From the NCBI GenBank assembly GCA_964016885.1, contig OZ024740.1, forward strand, positions 238,204,001 through 238,268,000: a stretch of 64,000 nt of DNA, read 5' to 3'. Below are positions 53,066 to 64,000 of this stretch, one piece after another (within the stretch, counting starts at the first letter, position 1; every line of letters begins with the position of its first letter). Both the position numbers and the translations under genes were made by a program. This stretch comes from Eledone cirrhosa (Eukaryota). The notes under the pieces were generated by a model, which was not told the origin of the DNA, ran no database searches, and was given only the letters and a program-made list of their open reading frames with translations.

Positions 53066-53846
53066 ATCTAAACCTTTTCCAAATCATTCTCCCCTCTTTT
53101 TAGAAAAGAAGGACACATTGAATAGTATATCTCTCTGTACACTGAGTCAACAGAAAGGGTGTAATGGTCGCAGCTGGAATGCAGTTGATCATAAATCTGC
53201 AAGATAAAATCTGACCTTCAGCTAAACAACAACAATACCTATATCTTCACAACATAACAATTAGGCCAGCAAAGAAAGCTCTTTTTGGTCACTCATCAAC
53301 TATATATATATATATGTGGGTGGGTGGGTGTCTGTGTGTGTGTGTTTGTGAGTGTGTGTGTGTGTCTGTCTGTGTCTGTGTGTGTCGCCGTGTGTGTGTG
53401 TGCGTTACTAATTATAGCTGCTTACTTTGTAATTTTACCCAAACTACCAGAGTCTCAAAGCAGTAGGTAAGAGGTAGTAGGTAGAAGAATATTATGGCAT
53501 AGGTAAGACTAAAGGAAAATGAGAGCATAGTGTGATCAAGTAAACAAACAAAAGGAAACAAATAGGTACAGGAAGTATTTACCGTGTGATAATTTAGCCA
53601 TGTAGAAATTACATTTCTTATTTAACTGTTAAGAATCACTGTAGAAAAATAGCTAATACTACTTTATACAAATTGCTTCTTGTTTTTAAATAAAAAATTA
53701 TTGGCTGGTAACATTAAACTTCTTTATTAATATAAATATATGTGTATGCATACATATATATACATACACAGATACATACATATATACATATGTAAATAAA
53801 CCCATATATAACTAAGAATATAACTATTTAAGCAATGTTTCCTTAA

Positions 53847-54067
53847 CCCTTTAGCATGTACATTACTCTATATTTACTATTATATTTTCATGGTAAATGC
53901 TTTACCTCACATAATTATCTCATATAATATCAAATCTATGAGATTTTGATACTATTTATTTTGAGAACAATACCTTAATATCAGTATGAGTGACCGGTTA
54001 CAGCCAGTTTGAACAGAAAGAGGTGAGAAAACTCTGGTCAGATACGACCAGTTTAAATGCTAAAGGG
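53847..54067. mobile_element. piggyBac-type MITE
   Basis: TTAA-CCCTTTAGCAT...ATGCTAAAGGG-TTAA. Confidence 0.8.
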
Positions 54068-54568
54068 TTAAAATAAGAATGAGTTTTACTCATTTGAAAA
54101 GCCTATAGATTTGAAATGTCACATGGAATTGTACAAACAGTGTCTGCATGAAAGGATGAATTCTAAATTTCTATTTAATAATTGTCTTTAACTCAGAGTA
54201 TATTATGTACTTAATTGGCATAGTTTTTATGTTTGTATAGTTTAGGCATTGATAATATATTCTGTGAGATGGTAAATTGAATGTTGGAATTCTTTACTTG
54301 TCTGATATATACCAATAGTGAGGTGCTAGACTTTCAACTTTTAGGTCTAAATGAAAAACTATGTTAAAATCTTTTATAAAATGTTTTCACATTTAAACTT
54401 ATATACAATTGAGAGGATGAATTGGTTTTCCCAATAACCCTGAATACCAATTCTCTGAAGAGATATATGCTGTCATTACTACAATTGCAATAACATGGGA
54501 GACTTACATTGTTAGAGTGACTGTTTCTCAATTTAGTTGCATTTGAAGAAGATACAACCTGTGCAAAG

Positions 54569-54727
54569 CAGGGCCATCTTAATGCATGGGCACGCTGGGC
54601 AGTTGCCCAGGGGCCCCACGAGGATAGGGGGCCCATTTGTATTTTTATTCCTGTGAGTGGTTGTTTAGGTAGGGGCCCCAGTGCTCTGCTTTGTCCGGGG
54701 GCCTATAATGGTGTTAAGACGGCCCTG
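54569..54727. mobile_element. hAT MITE
   Basis: TIRs CAGGGCCATCTTAA / TTAAGACGGCCCTG, 8-bp TSD GTGCAAAG. Confidence 0.9.
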
Positions 54728-56433
54728 GTGCAAAGTTGTGTATAGTAGAAAACAAAAATTTAACTATGGTACTATTGAACAATTTGTAGCATTTGTGGTG
54801 TTTAGAAAAGTGTTTATATATGATCCAAAAGAATGTTTTAGTTGTTGGAGTAGAAACTTGTAGATTGAAAGGTGGATTATACCAATTAATCTCTTTTTAA
54901 TCTGAAAGAATAGTTATATTATGTATATACTGATTTTTCTGCTCAAATATTTTTAAATAATGCTTCATTATAATAGTGAACTGGTTTATTGAAAACTTTA
55001 TTCATTTGAAGATAATGAAGATATTCTTTGGAAGGTATTGTTAACTAGTTTTAAAAGTTAATTCTAGGATGGTTACATTCTGAATTTATATTTTTAAAAT
55101 CTTCATGTTGGATCTATTATATGGACAAAATGTGTTATCAGATAAATCTAATGTCACATCTCAAATGTTTACTCCTTTTATTCTCTGTTCTACTGTAATC
55201 TTAAATCTGATTGCTTGAAGAAACAGTAGAGGTCTTTCTGAAATAGATCTGTAAAAGAGGATCTATATTTCTTAATAAGGATTTCTTATTTAGGCACAAG
55301 GACAGCACTTTATGGGGAAAAGAAAATTGATTATATTGGTTCCAGTACATTACTGGTACTTTATTTTATCGACCCTAGGAGAATGAAAGGCAGCATTAAC
55401 TGCAGTTCAATTTAAACTGAGAATATACGAGGGTCGGCCAAAGAGTTCAAAGGTTGTCTATGAAGGAGTATGCTAGAGCTGTGAAATCTTGCATACATTA
55501 ATTTCAACTCTTATTAATAACTGCATTTTTTTCTTTCCAGGGACTATGTTGAAAAATAAATCTCATTTACTCATTCCATGAGAGTATCTTGGTTAGCCTA
55601 TGAACTTCTCAGCAGCACAAATAAAATGTGGAATTTTGCCCAATAGTAGTAGTATTTTTGTTTTCTGTTGTTGGTTTTTTGTTGTTTTAATTCAAATGCA
55701 CCATATATAAAGCAATGTATACTTATTTTCTGTGTGGTTGTAATTTAATTTACTAGAGGCTATTTAGAAGTTATTTTAATTTTAACTATTTAATTGTATA
55801 GGTATTGTCAACACATCGGAATTTTTATTTCCCTTGTTTATTTATTTATTCATAATTATGTAAGTTGTGTTAAGATATGTATACATATATAATATATACA
55901 TATGTGGTTAGAATATCTAAGGAAAGAATCACTGGTTAGATTTTACAGGCAAAACCAGCCAGCAGGAGACCCAGCAAAATGGTTGAATGACATCTATGAG
56001 CTTGGCTGCTTCTGAGAGGACCTGCTGGAGGGCATACTTGAGGACTCTCCCAAGAAGAAGAAGAAGAAGAAGAAGAAGAAGAAGAAGAAGAAGAAGAAGA
56101 AGAAGAAGAAGAAGAAGAAGAAGAGAAAGACATACACACATAACACCATAACACATACACATCATATATATATATTTATATATATATATACAAATACAAC
56201 GCCTATACGCAGTCTTTACAATAACGTAACCAGATTCACACTTTCGTGATTTTCAAAAGTTAAGTGAGATAGAGGAATGTAGAGCTATATTGTGATTGTT
56301 TTGGCATCTTCTTAAAAACTCCAACATTTTCAGCTTCTTTTCTTTATATTTGTGTGGGATAAAAAATACGAGCCAAATACAAGCCGAAACCTCTAGGCTT
56401 TGCAGTCAGGTTTTTACCTTCCTATATATATAT

Positions 56434-57464
56434 ATGAAATCAATCTGGGACTTGGACAGGTGCATATCTGAGATGTAGGTCAACATCTTCCCCAGATTCT
56501 TCCTAAACCTTAGGTTGGTCGCCATCAAGTTCGCCTCCAGCAGGGTGTCTCTCAGTAGTCTTGCATTTCGGTTGGTGTTGTTATGGAAGTACCAGCAAGG
56601 ATCTTCACTGCCCTCCTTACTCAGATGTGCATTGAAGTCCCCCAAAAGAAGCAGGATATTGTGTGCCTGAGTGGTGTTGACAGCTCTACACACCTCCTCA
56701 TGGAACTCTTCCGCACTCACATCACTGTCCCCCTCGGTTGGACTATAGGCTGAGATGACTGTCAGTCTTGGGTTTCCATTGAAGGTCACCCTCAACACTC
56801 GCGGGGAGATAGGCATTATTTCCCTCACCAACAGATTGGTTTTTGCACTGAACACAAAACCCACTCCTCCTACTGCAGCATTTGTTGTGTTCTTCACTGC
56901 CGATGTAGTGATGAGCTGGCTCCTCTTCCCGATCATCACACTCTTCACGGGCTCATCGTGTAGGATCCTGTGTTCTTGGATCGCAAGTATCTGTATACCA
57001 CTCTCCTCGAACAGATGTCCCAACTCCTCTCTCTTCTCCAGCGTCCGAATAGTCCTCACATTCAAAGTGCCCATTTTGATGGCTCTTCTGCAGGACAAAA
57101 CTGCATTCTTTATATTTGTCTCAGAGACAGCTGATCCATCATCCACTGGCCCTCTCTGTGGCTCTAAGCCAGCAGAGTCATAACGACCAGGCTGCTCCTT
57201 GACAGTGTAATTAGGGGCTTTAACCCTAGTGCTGTTAGATTGACTCTCCATATTTTTTTTCAATGGCTGACAATACCTTACCGGCGCCACTCGAATAAGG
57301 TAGTTATTTAACCCATAAATGGAGCCCTAACAGGTACTACCACCCCGGGCCAGGGCAGACCTGGGAGTCATGACAACTAAGGGGTAACTCCACATTCCCC
57401 ACAACTCCTGAACTCCCGAACTGGAGCCTTGCCACTGGATGTAGTTTAATGTCATACCCAGGAC
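56434..57464 (-). mobile_element. Inverted 5' part of RTE LINE (5' UTR + APE endonuclease)
   Basis: GTLNVRT, LAIQEHR, GGVG, SAYSPT, LLGDFNA, SQIDFI in ORF 56406-57290. Confidence 0.9.
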
Positions 57465-59760
57465 ATTGATTTCATTCTGGTGAGGAAAACGTGGCGGAAT
57501 AGTGTTCTGAACACAGAACCATACAACTATTTCAGTACACTGGGTAGTGACCACCGGCTTGTTATGAGTGAGGTCCGGGTGAGCTTAAGAAAGAGCAAGG
57601 CTCGGCCCCGGAGAGCAATCTATGACTGGGGAGCTTTCAAGAAAGATGATAAGCTACAGGAGAGGTTCACAGTGGAAGTGAGAAACAGGTTTAGTGCTCT
57701 GTGTGGAGAGTCAGAGGAGAGAGAGATTGGATGGACTGAGGAGAGTGTGACGAGGAGGTACGGGCACTTCACCAATGCAGTGGCGGAAGCAAGTGAAACC
57801 CTGGTGCCGAGGAAAAAGAACAAAGGGAAGCACGTCAGCTCTGCAAACCCAAAAGTGTGTGCAGCCAGAGAACACCTGAAAGCTCCCAATGACCAATTCT
57901 ATGCTGATCCTATGGAGGAAAGGATGGAGACTGTGGAGGTGATGAGGGAAGAGTTCTGTACCGCTTACACTGAGGTCATAGAGGAGGCACTGATAGAGAA
58001 GATCAGAAGTGTGGAGAGAGCAGTTGACAAATCTGGATGTAAGGAGAGCTGGATGATCATCAACGAGATCACAGGGAGGAAGAGAAGGTGTTCGAGTCAG
58101 ATCCAGGGAACGGGGCCCGAGGATAGGAAGAGGAAATGGCTAGACCATTTTAGGACCCTACTAGGAGAGCCACCCTCCACAGCCCAGAGCACTGGGGAGA
58201 TCAGGCGGTTGTTTGAGGAACTGGATGTTGAGACAGAGCCCTTCACCAGAGAGGAGCTTCAGAGAGCCAAGAAGAGGATCAAGGAGGGCAAGGCTCATGG
58301 AGAAGATGGAGTGGCATCAGAGGTGATGAAGAGGTGTGATTTTGATGATATCATCCTGGGGTTCTGTAACGGGGCACTGGAGAAAGGAGTTGCCCCGAAT
58401 CAGTGGAGGATCAGTAACATCGTCCCAGTGCCAAAGAAGGGAGATCTCTCTAACACCAACAACTACAGGGGGGATCTCACTGACGTCACTTGTGGCAAAG
58501 ACCCTCAACAGGATGATTCTTAACAGGATCCAGCCTGAGATGGAGAAGAAGCTCAGGGACAACCAGAACGGCTTCAGAGAGGGTAGATCAACCACCAGTC
58601 ACATCCTGATGCTGAGGAGGATATTAGAGGGAGCTAGAGCAAAGTGCCTTCCTGCGGTCATGGTTTTCATTGACTTTAGGAAGGCCTTTGATTCTGTGGA
58701 CCGTTACTGCCTGATGAAGATCTTACAGGCTTATGGAATCCCCAAGAAGACAGTGGATCTGATATCACTGCTCTACACTAACACCAAAGCCCAAGTCATT
58801 ACACCTGATGGGATGACAGAGTTCTTTGAGATACTGGTTGGAGTGCTCCAGGGAGATACATTGGCTCCCTACCTTTTTATCATCGTAGTGGACTATTGTA
58901 TGTGCCTTGCACTGGAGAAACACCAGGACTCTGGCTTTACTGTAGCACCGGCTCAGGGCAGGAGAGTTAGGGCGAAAAAGGTATCGGATGCTGAATTTGC
59001 CGACGACATAGTTTTGGTGACAAATACAGTGAAGGAGGCAGAGGATTTGATGCGGGAGGTTGAGACTGTGTCGATGAGTGTGGGGCTGAGAATGAATGAG
59101 ACTAAAACAAAATATCTGGTAGAGAATGTTGAGAAGCCAGAGGGGATCACTAATGTAGGCGGAAAGCCGCTAGAATTGGTTGAGGGCTTCCTGTTTTGGG
59201 GAGCAAAGATTGGGAATACGGAAGATGATGTGGTTGAGAGGAAGAGCAGGCCTGGACGGCGTGCCACAGCTTGAGATCGGTGTGGAAGTCGGACCTTCGT
59301 AGAGACCTGAAAATCCGCCTCTTCATTGCTGTAGTGGAGTCTGTGCTGCTGTATGGGTCTGAGACTTGGACACTGACCAAGAAACTCACTCAGATGGTGG
59401 ATGGGTGCTACACGAGAATGGTGAGGATGGCTCTGAACATTAATCAGTATACACTGAGGATGAAAAACTCAGAGCTGTATGGGAGCATCCCAAAAGTCAG
59501 CTCAAAAGTGACACAGAGGAGACTGAGGTTGGCTGGACATGCTCACCGACATCCAGAGTTGACATTGCACTCAGTGCTCCTTTGGGAGCCCCTACATGGA
59601 CACACTGGGAGAGGAAGACCGAGGTTAACGTATGTTGATGCCCTAAGGACAGACACTGGTCTGTTGGAGACGCGGAACATGGCAGCGATAATGAGGGACA
59701 GAGACCGCTGGAGAGAACTTGTCCATGGATCTCGGGAATTTTACCCGCCTTAGAATAGAA
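57465..59760 (+). mobile_element. 3' part of the same RTE LINE (APE end + RT; two frameshifts)
   Basis: IDFILVRK...SDHRLV, QNGFR, FIDFRKAFDSV, LQGDTLAPYLF, FADD, LLYGSETW, GRPRLTY. Confidence 0.92.
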
Positions 59761-60044
59761 AAATATATATATATATCATGCCAGTGCATATAATGAACGA
59801 ATCATACAGTTATAATTAATAATCTAATGGAATTCTACTTTATGACTTTCACTGTCTTCAACTGAAAATGCCCTAAACTATCAGAGTCCACCTTTGCTTC
59901 AATTTCTATTCCTGCATGCTGTCAACTGTAATTATTCATTGAGCTTTACGCAAATTTCCAAAAATAATATGGTATTATTCCACTATAATTACTTATATAT
60001 ATATATATATCATCATCATTTTACATCTGCTTTTCCCTACGCGC

Positions 60045-60197
<153 letters not shown>

Positions 60198-60257
60198 TGT
60201 GTGTGTTTATTGAAGTGTGCTTGTTACAATTTTGGTAGTAAAACGTACCTTGTTACA

Positions 60258-60471
60258 TGTTAGAAGTGTAATCCTGAAATGCAAGATAGGATTAGAAAAA
60301 GCTTAACATATTTGCGCTCGGTGTTGGTCAGTTCAAGAGTCTGTTGCCAAAGAGAAGTAGATTGTCCTTTGCTCCTTCTTTTATAATCTCTGAAACGGAA
60401 GTTCAAGGAGTATTCTAGAAATTCTACGGGAAGTAACTCTGGCTACTTCCCTTTGTCTAGTGAGCGCTACA
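60258..60471 (-). repeat. 3' LTR of the Gypsy element (about 214 bp)
   Basis: PPT GAGAGGGGAG next to TGTAG...AACA; TATAAAAG inside; distal end could alternatively be 60251. Confidence 0.7.
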
Positions 60472-63400
60472 AGACTCCCCTCTCAGACGAGAAGTCGAAT
60501 AACCAACCGAAGGTCATTGTAGCGAGAACCCGTAAGAAATGAGGAGCAAAGCAAAGGTACAAGAAGGTGCATGAATAAAACATAAGCTCGCAACTGAAGC
60601 AAATAGCAAAAAAGCACAAAACAAGTAAATGCATTTTACAAAGAAAAATGTAAATGTAACAAAACTGATAATTCAAAGTTAACAAAGGAGCAGAGAAAAA
60701 ATTAATGCTCAATGGTAAGTTCAAAGTTTCTTCAAAATCAAATAGTTCATACATCACCAGTGTACAGACTTCTCTGACACTAATTCTATCTGAAACTGAA
60801 AAAGGAGTTTGTTAATGCCACTAGGGGTTAAATGTATATAGTTTTTGACAGTTTACGTGGCCATTTTACTGTTCTGCCACCTCGTGTGACATAAGGTTAT
60901 GTGGTATGTGGTGTTTGCGGTAGAGGTGAAGGTGTTGGTGTGGGAGTGTATGTACGAGGTGTATCAGGCAGTGTAATGAGACTTTCAGAGAAAGCTCTCT
61001 TTGCTCTGTCAATGTATATTGTCTCTTTTCGACCATTGACAGCCACTGCGAAATGTTTTGGTGTGTGCGAAAGCACACGAAAAGGTCCATTATAGGGTGA
61101 CTTAAGCGGTCCCTTGACGGAATCATTCCGTACAAAAATGTGTGTTCACGTAGAGATATCCGATGGAACAGCAGAAGTAATAGACTGGTCACGAGGGTTC
61201 ATTGGTGGAAGATCCGAGAAGAAAGAACGAATCCTGGTGACATATGATGTTGGATCAAGATGCGATGAATCAACCGGTGCTAGCATTTGACCGGGAAGAG
61301 TCAAGGTGGTACCATAAAGAAGTTCAGCTGAGGAGAAACCCAAATCTGTCTTAACGGCAGAACGACAACCAAGAAGCATGATTGGCAAAAATTCGGTCCA
61401 ACATTGCGAATCAGGAGTAGCGCGGAGTGCAGCTTTCAACTGTCTATGAAACCTCTCCACCATTCCGTTTGAGGCTGGGTGATAGCTGGTCGTATGAATG
61501 TGATGAGCACCCAAAAGTCATGATATTTCACGAAATAAGGAAGCTTCGAACTGGCGTCCGCGATCTGTGGTTATTTTAGAAGGAACACCAAAGCGAGCAA
61601 CCCAATTGGAAATGAAAGCTCGGGCAACAGACTCTGCTGTAATGTCCACTAGAGGTATGGCTTCAGGCCACCGAGAGAAACGATCGATACAGGTCAATAT
61701 ATATGTGAACCCACGACTAACGGGCCACGGACCAACAATATCCATGTGAATGTGATGGAAATGGGCATCCAGCGGGCTGAATTTACCAAGGGGAGCGCGA
61801 ACATGCCGATAAATCTTAGAGCGCTGACACTTCAAACAAGACCGTGCTCAACCGGTGATTAAACGACGCATATTAGACCAGAAAAATCGGGCCATAATAG
61901 GTTTCACCGTGGCAGCTATGCCGGGATGCGACATTAAATGAAGTGCATCAAAAACGGTACGATGATGGCAATCTGGAACAAGTGGTCTGGGTGAGCCAGT
62001 AGAAATATTGCAGAGAATTTTCCCTTCAGAAGATGGAAGAGGTAAATATTCCAATTTGCAGCAGGAGAACTGGTCAGAGGAGATGTCCAGCGAATCCAAA
62101 GTAGTTTGGTCAGTTGCCATGGCAACCGAATCGATATGTGCAGGAGACGCAAGGGAGCACACAGGGAATCAAGACAGTGCGTCCGCGGGTACGTTGGCAG
62201 CTCATGCTTACATGACGAATGTCACTGGTGTACTGGGAGATGAAATCCAAATGTCTGTATGCCCTCGGAGAGTATCTGTCGGACTTGGATTGAAGAGCGA
62301 ATGTGAGTGGTTTATGGTCTGTGAAAACCGTGAACTCCCGACCTTCAAAAAAATGGTGGAAGTGTATCACAGCAAGATAAACTGCTAAAAGCTCTCTGTC
62401 AAAAGTACTGTAACGTTGCTCTGCTGGTTTTAGTTGGCGTGAGAAAAACGCCAGTGGTTGAAACTGGTGGTTGGTTGTATGTTGCAAGACTGCTCCGACA
62501 GCATGGTCGGACGCATCAACAGTTAAAGAAAGCCTCGCGTTTGCAACAGGATGGATGAGGAAAGAAACTTCAGCTATTTCGGACTTGACGGATTCAAACG
62601 ATTGCAAATTATCGGCAGAAAGTGCAATGGGTGCATCTTCCTTTTTCGCATCCTTTAAAAGCTGTGTCAAGGGAAACAACTTTTCAGCACAGTTGGGAAT
62701 AAAACGACGATAAAGTTAATTAATCCCAAGAAATGACGTATCTGTCTCAGTGAGGTGGGGAGAGCGATACGCTGAATCGCTTCCACCTTAGATGGCAGAG
62801 ATCGAATGCCTTCCGAATCTATAAGATGTCCAAGGAATTCCAGTGAAGCTGTACCAAACACACATTTAGCTGGGTTGATTCTGACCGGGTACGATTGAAG
62901 ACGTTGAAATAACTGAGATAGATGTTGATGATGATGTTCAGCTGAATCACTGGCTATCAGGAGGTCATCCACGTAAGCAAACACAAAATCCAATCCACGC
63001 GTGACTTCATCGATAAAACGCTGGAACGTGCTAGAGGCATTCCGCAAACCAAAAGGCATGGACAGGAATTCAAATAAACCAAAGGAGGTGGTCACGGCTG
63101 TCTTTGGTATATCCTCTGGATTCATGGGTATCTGGTGGTATGCACGTACTAGATCTACTTTGGAAAATATCGTGCATCCATGAAGAACGGATGAAAAATC
63201 CTGTAGGTTGGGTAAAGGATAACTATCAGGTGTGGTGATAGCGTTAAGTCTTCGGTAATCTCTTACCGGTCTAAAATCCGCTTCACCCTTTCGAGCCAAG
63301 TGCAGTGGAGATGCCCATGAGTGGTGGACGGTCATATAAGACCGAGCTGGAGCATGTGCTCGAACTCATTTCGTGCTTTTTTTAGTCTATCCGGAGCCAA

Positions 63401-64000
63401 CCTCCGTGGACGAGAGAAAACAGGAGCACCAGTCGTTGTAACGAAGTGTTGAGTCGAGTGGACTGCCTGGGTAGGTTTAAATGAAATATCCGTTAACTCG
63501 GGAAATGAAGTAAGGAGTGCATGAAACTGGTTTCCAGCGGCAGCCACAAAAAACGACGGACTGACAACAGTGGCGGTAGATTTACGAATAGGCATAGATA
63601 AGGACGTGGTACTATCCACAAGTTTCTGGTTCCTGACATCTACCAAAAGTGAATAGTGCTGTAAGAAATCCGCACCGAGAATAGGATGAGGTAGGTCGGC
63701 AATGACAAAAATCCATTTAAAATCTCGACGCAAAGCTAGGTCCAATGATAAAGATATCTGTCCATAGGTTTTTATAGGAGACTGGTTTACTGCATACAAA
63801 GAAATGCCGGAGAGAGTTGGTTTGGTAGAGTTGAACCGTAAGGGCCAAATACTGCAACTTGATCCTGTGTCGACCACGAATGATTTGTTTGAAACTCGGT
63901 CTCTGATGAAGAAAACACGATAAGGTGAAATGTTAAGGGAAAGGTCTGCAATGCTCATACTCTCCAAACTTAGTTTTTCAAATGTCCCAAAAGAGCAGGG
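60258..64000 (-). mobile_element. Ty3/Gypsy LTR retrotransposon, frameshifted pol, runs off the window
   Basis: Domain order PR (VDTGS), RT (YVDD), RNase H (VDAS...TDHKPL), integrase (HPG...C, HMDIVGP, TTDRG, NGMVERFH). Confidence 0.93.

Noticed and set aside
55427-55620. Mariner-like MITE starting TACGAGGG
   Set aside because: Right TIR too degenerate to define the element

Overview
AT-rich, microsatellite-rich animal genomic DNA. The SINE and LINE families present point to a coleoid cephalopod, probably an octopus (inferred, not database-checked). Most of the window is transposable-element debris: R4/Dong, CRE, Tx1/L1 and RTE non-LTR retrotransposons, tRNA-derived SINEs, Penelope-like element (PLE) fragments, a 7.7-kb hAT element with nested inserts, hAT/piggyBac/pogo MITEs, a Helitron 3' end and a frameshifted Ty3/Gypsy element. 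The most striking signal is invisible to the ORF track: about 15 type I hammerhead ribozyme (HHR) motifs (intact, mutated or split) between 13.8 and 44.5 kb, almost all in short inserts bounded by (TA)n tracts and often with inverted arms. The best case is a young 469-nt non-coding retrozyme-like unit at 24088-25254 (one inverted plus two tandem HHR copies) predicted to yield a circular RNA. Two frame-compatible candidate exons of an unidentified host gene lie at 46.6-47.0 kb. Most listed ORFs are microsatellite or antisense artefacts. All RNA structures were paired by eye and not computed.
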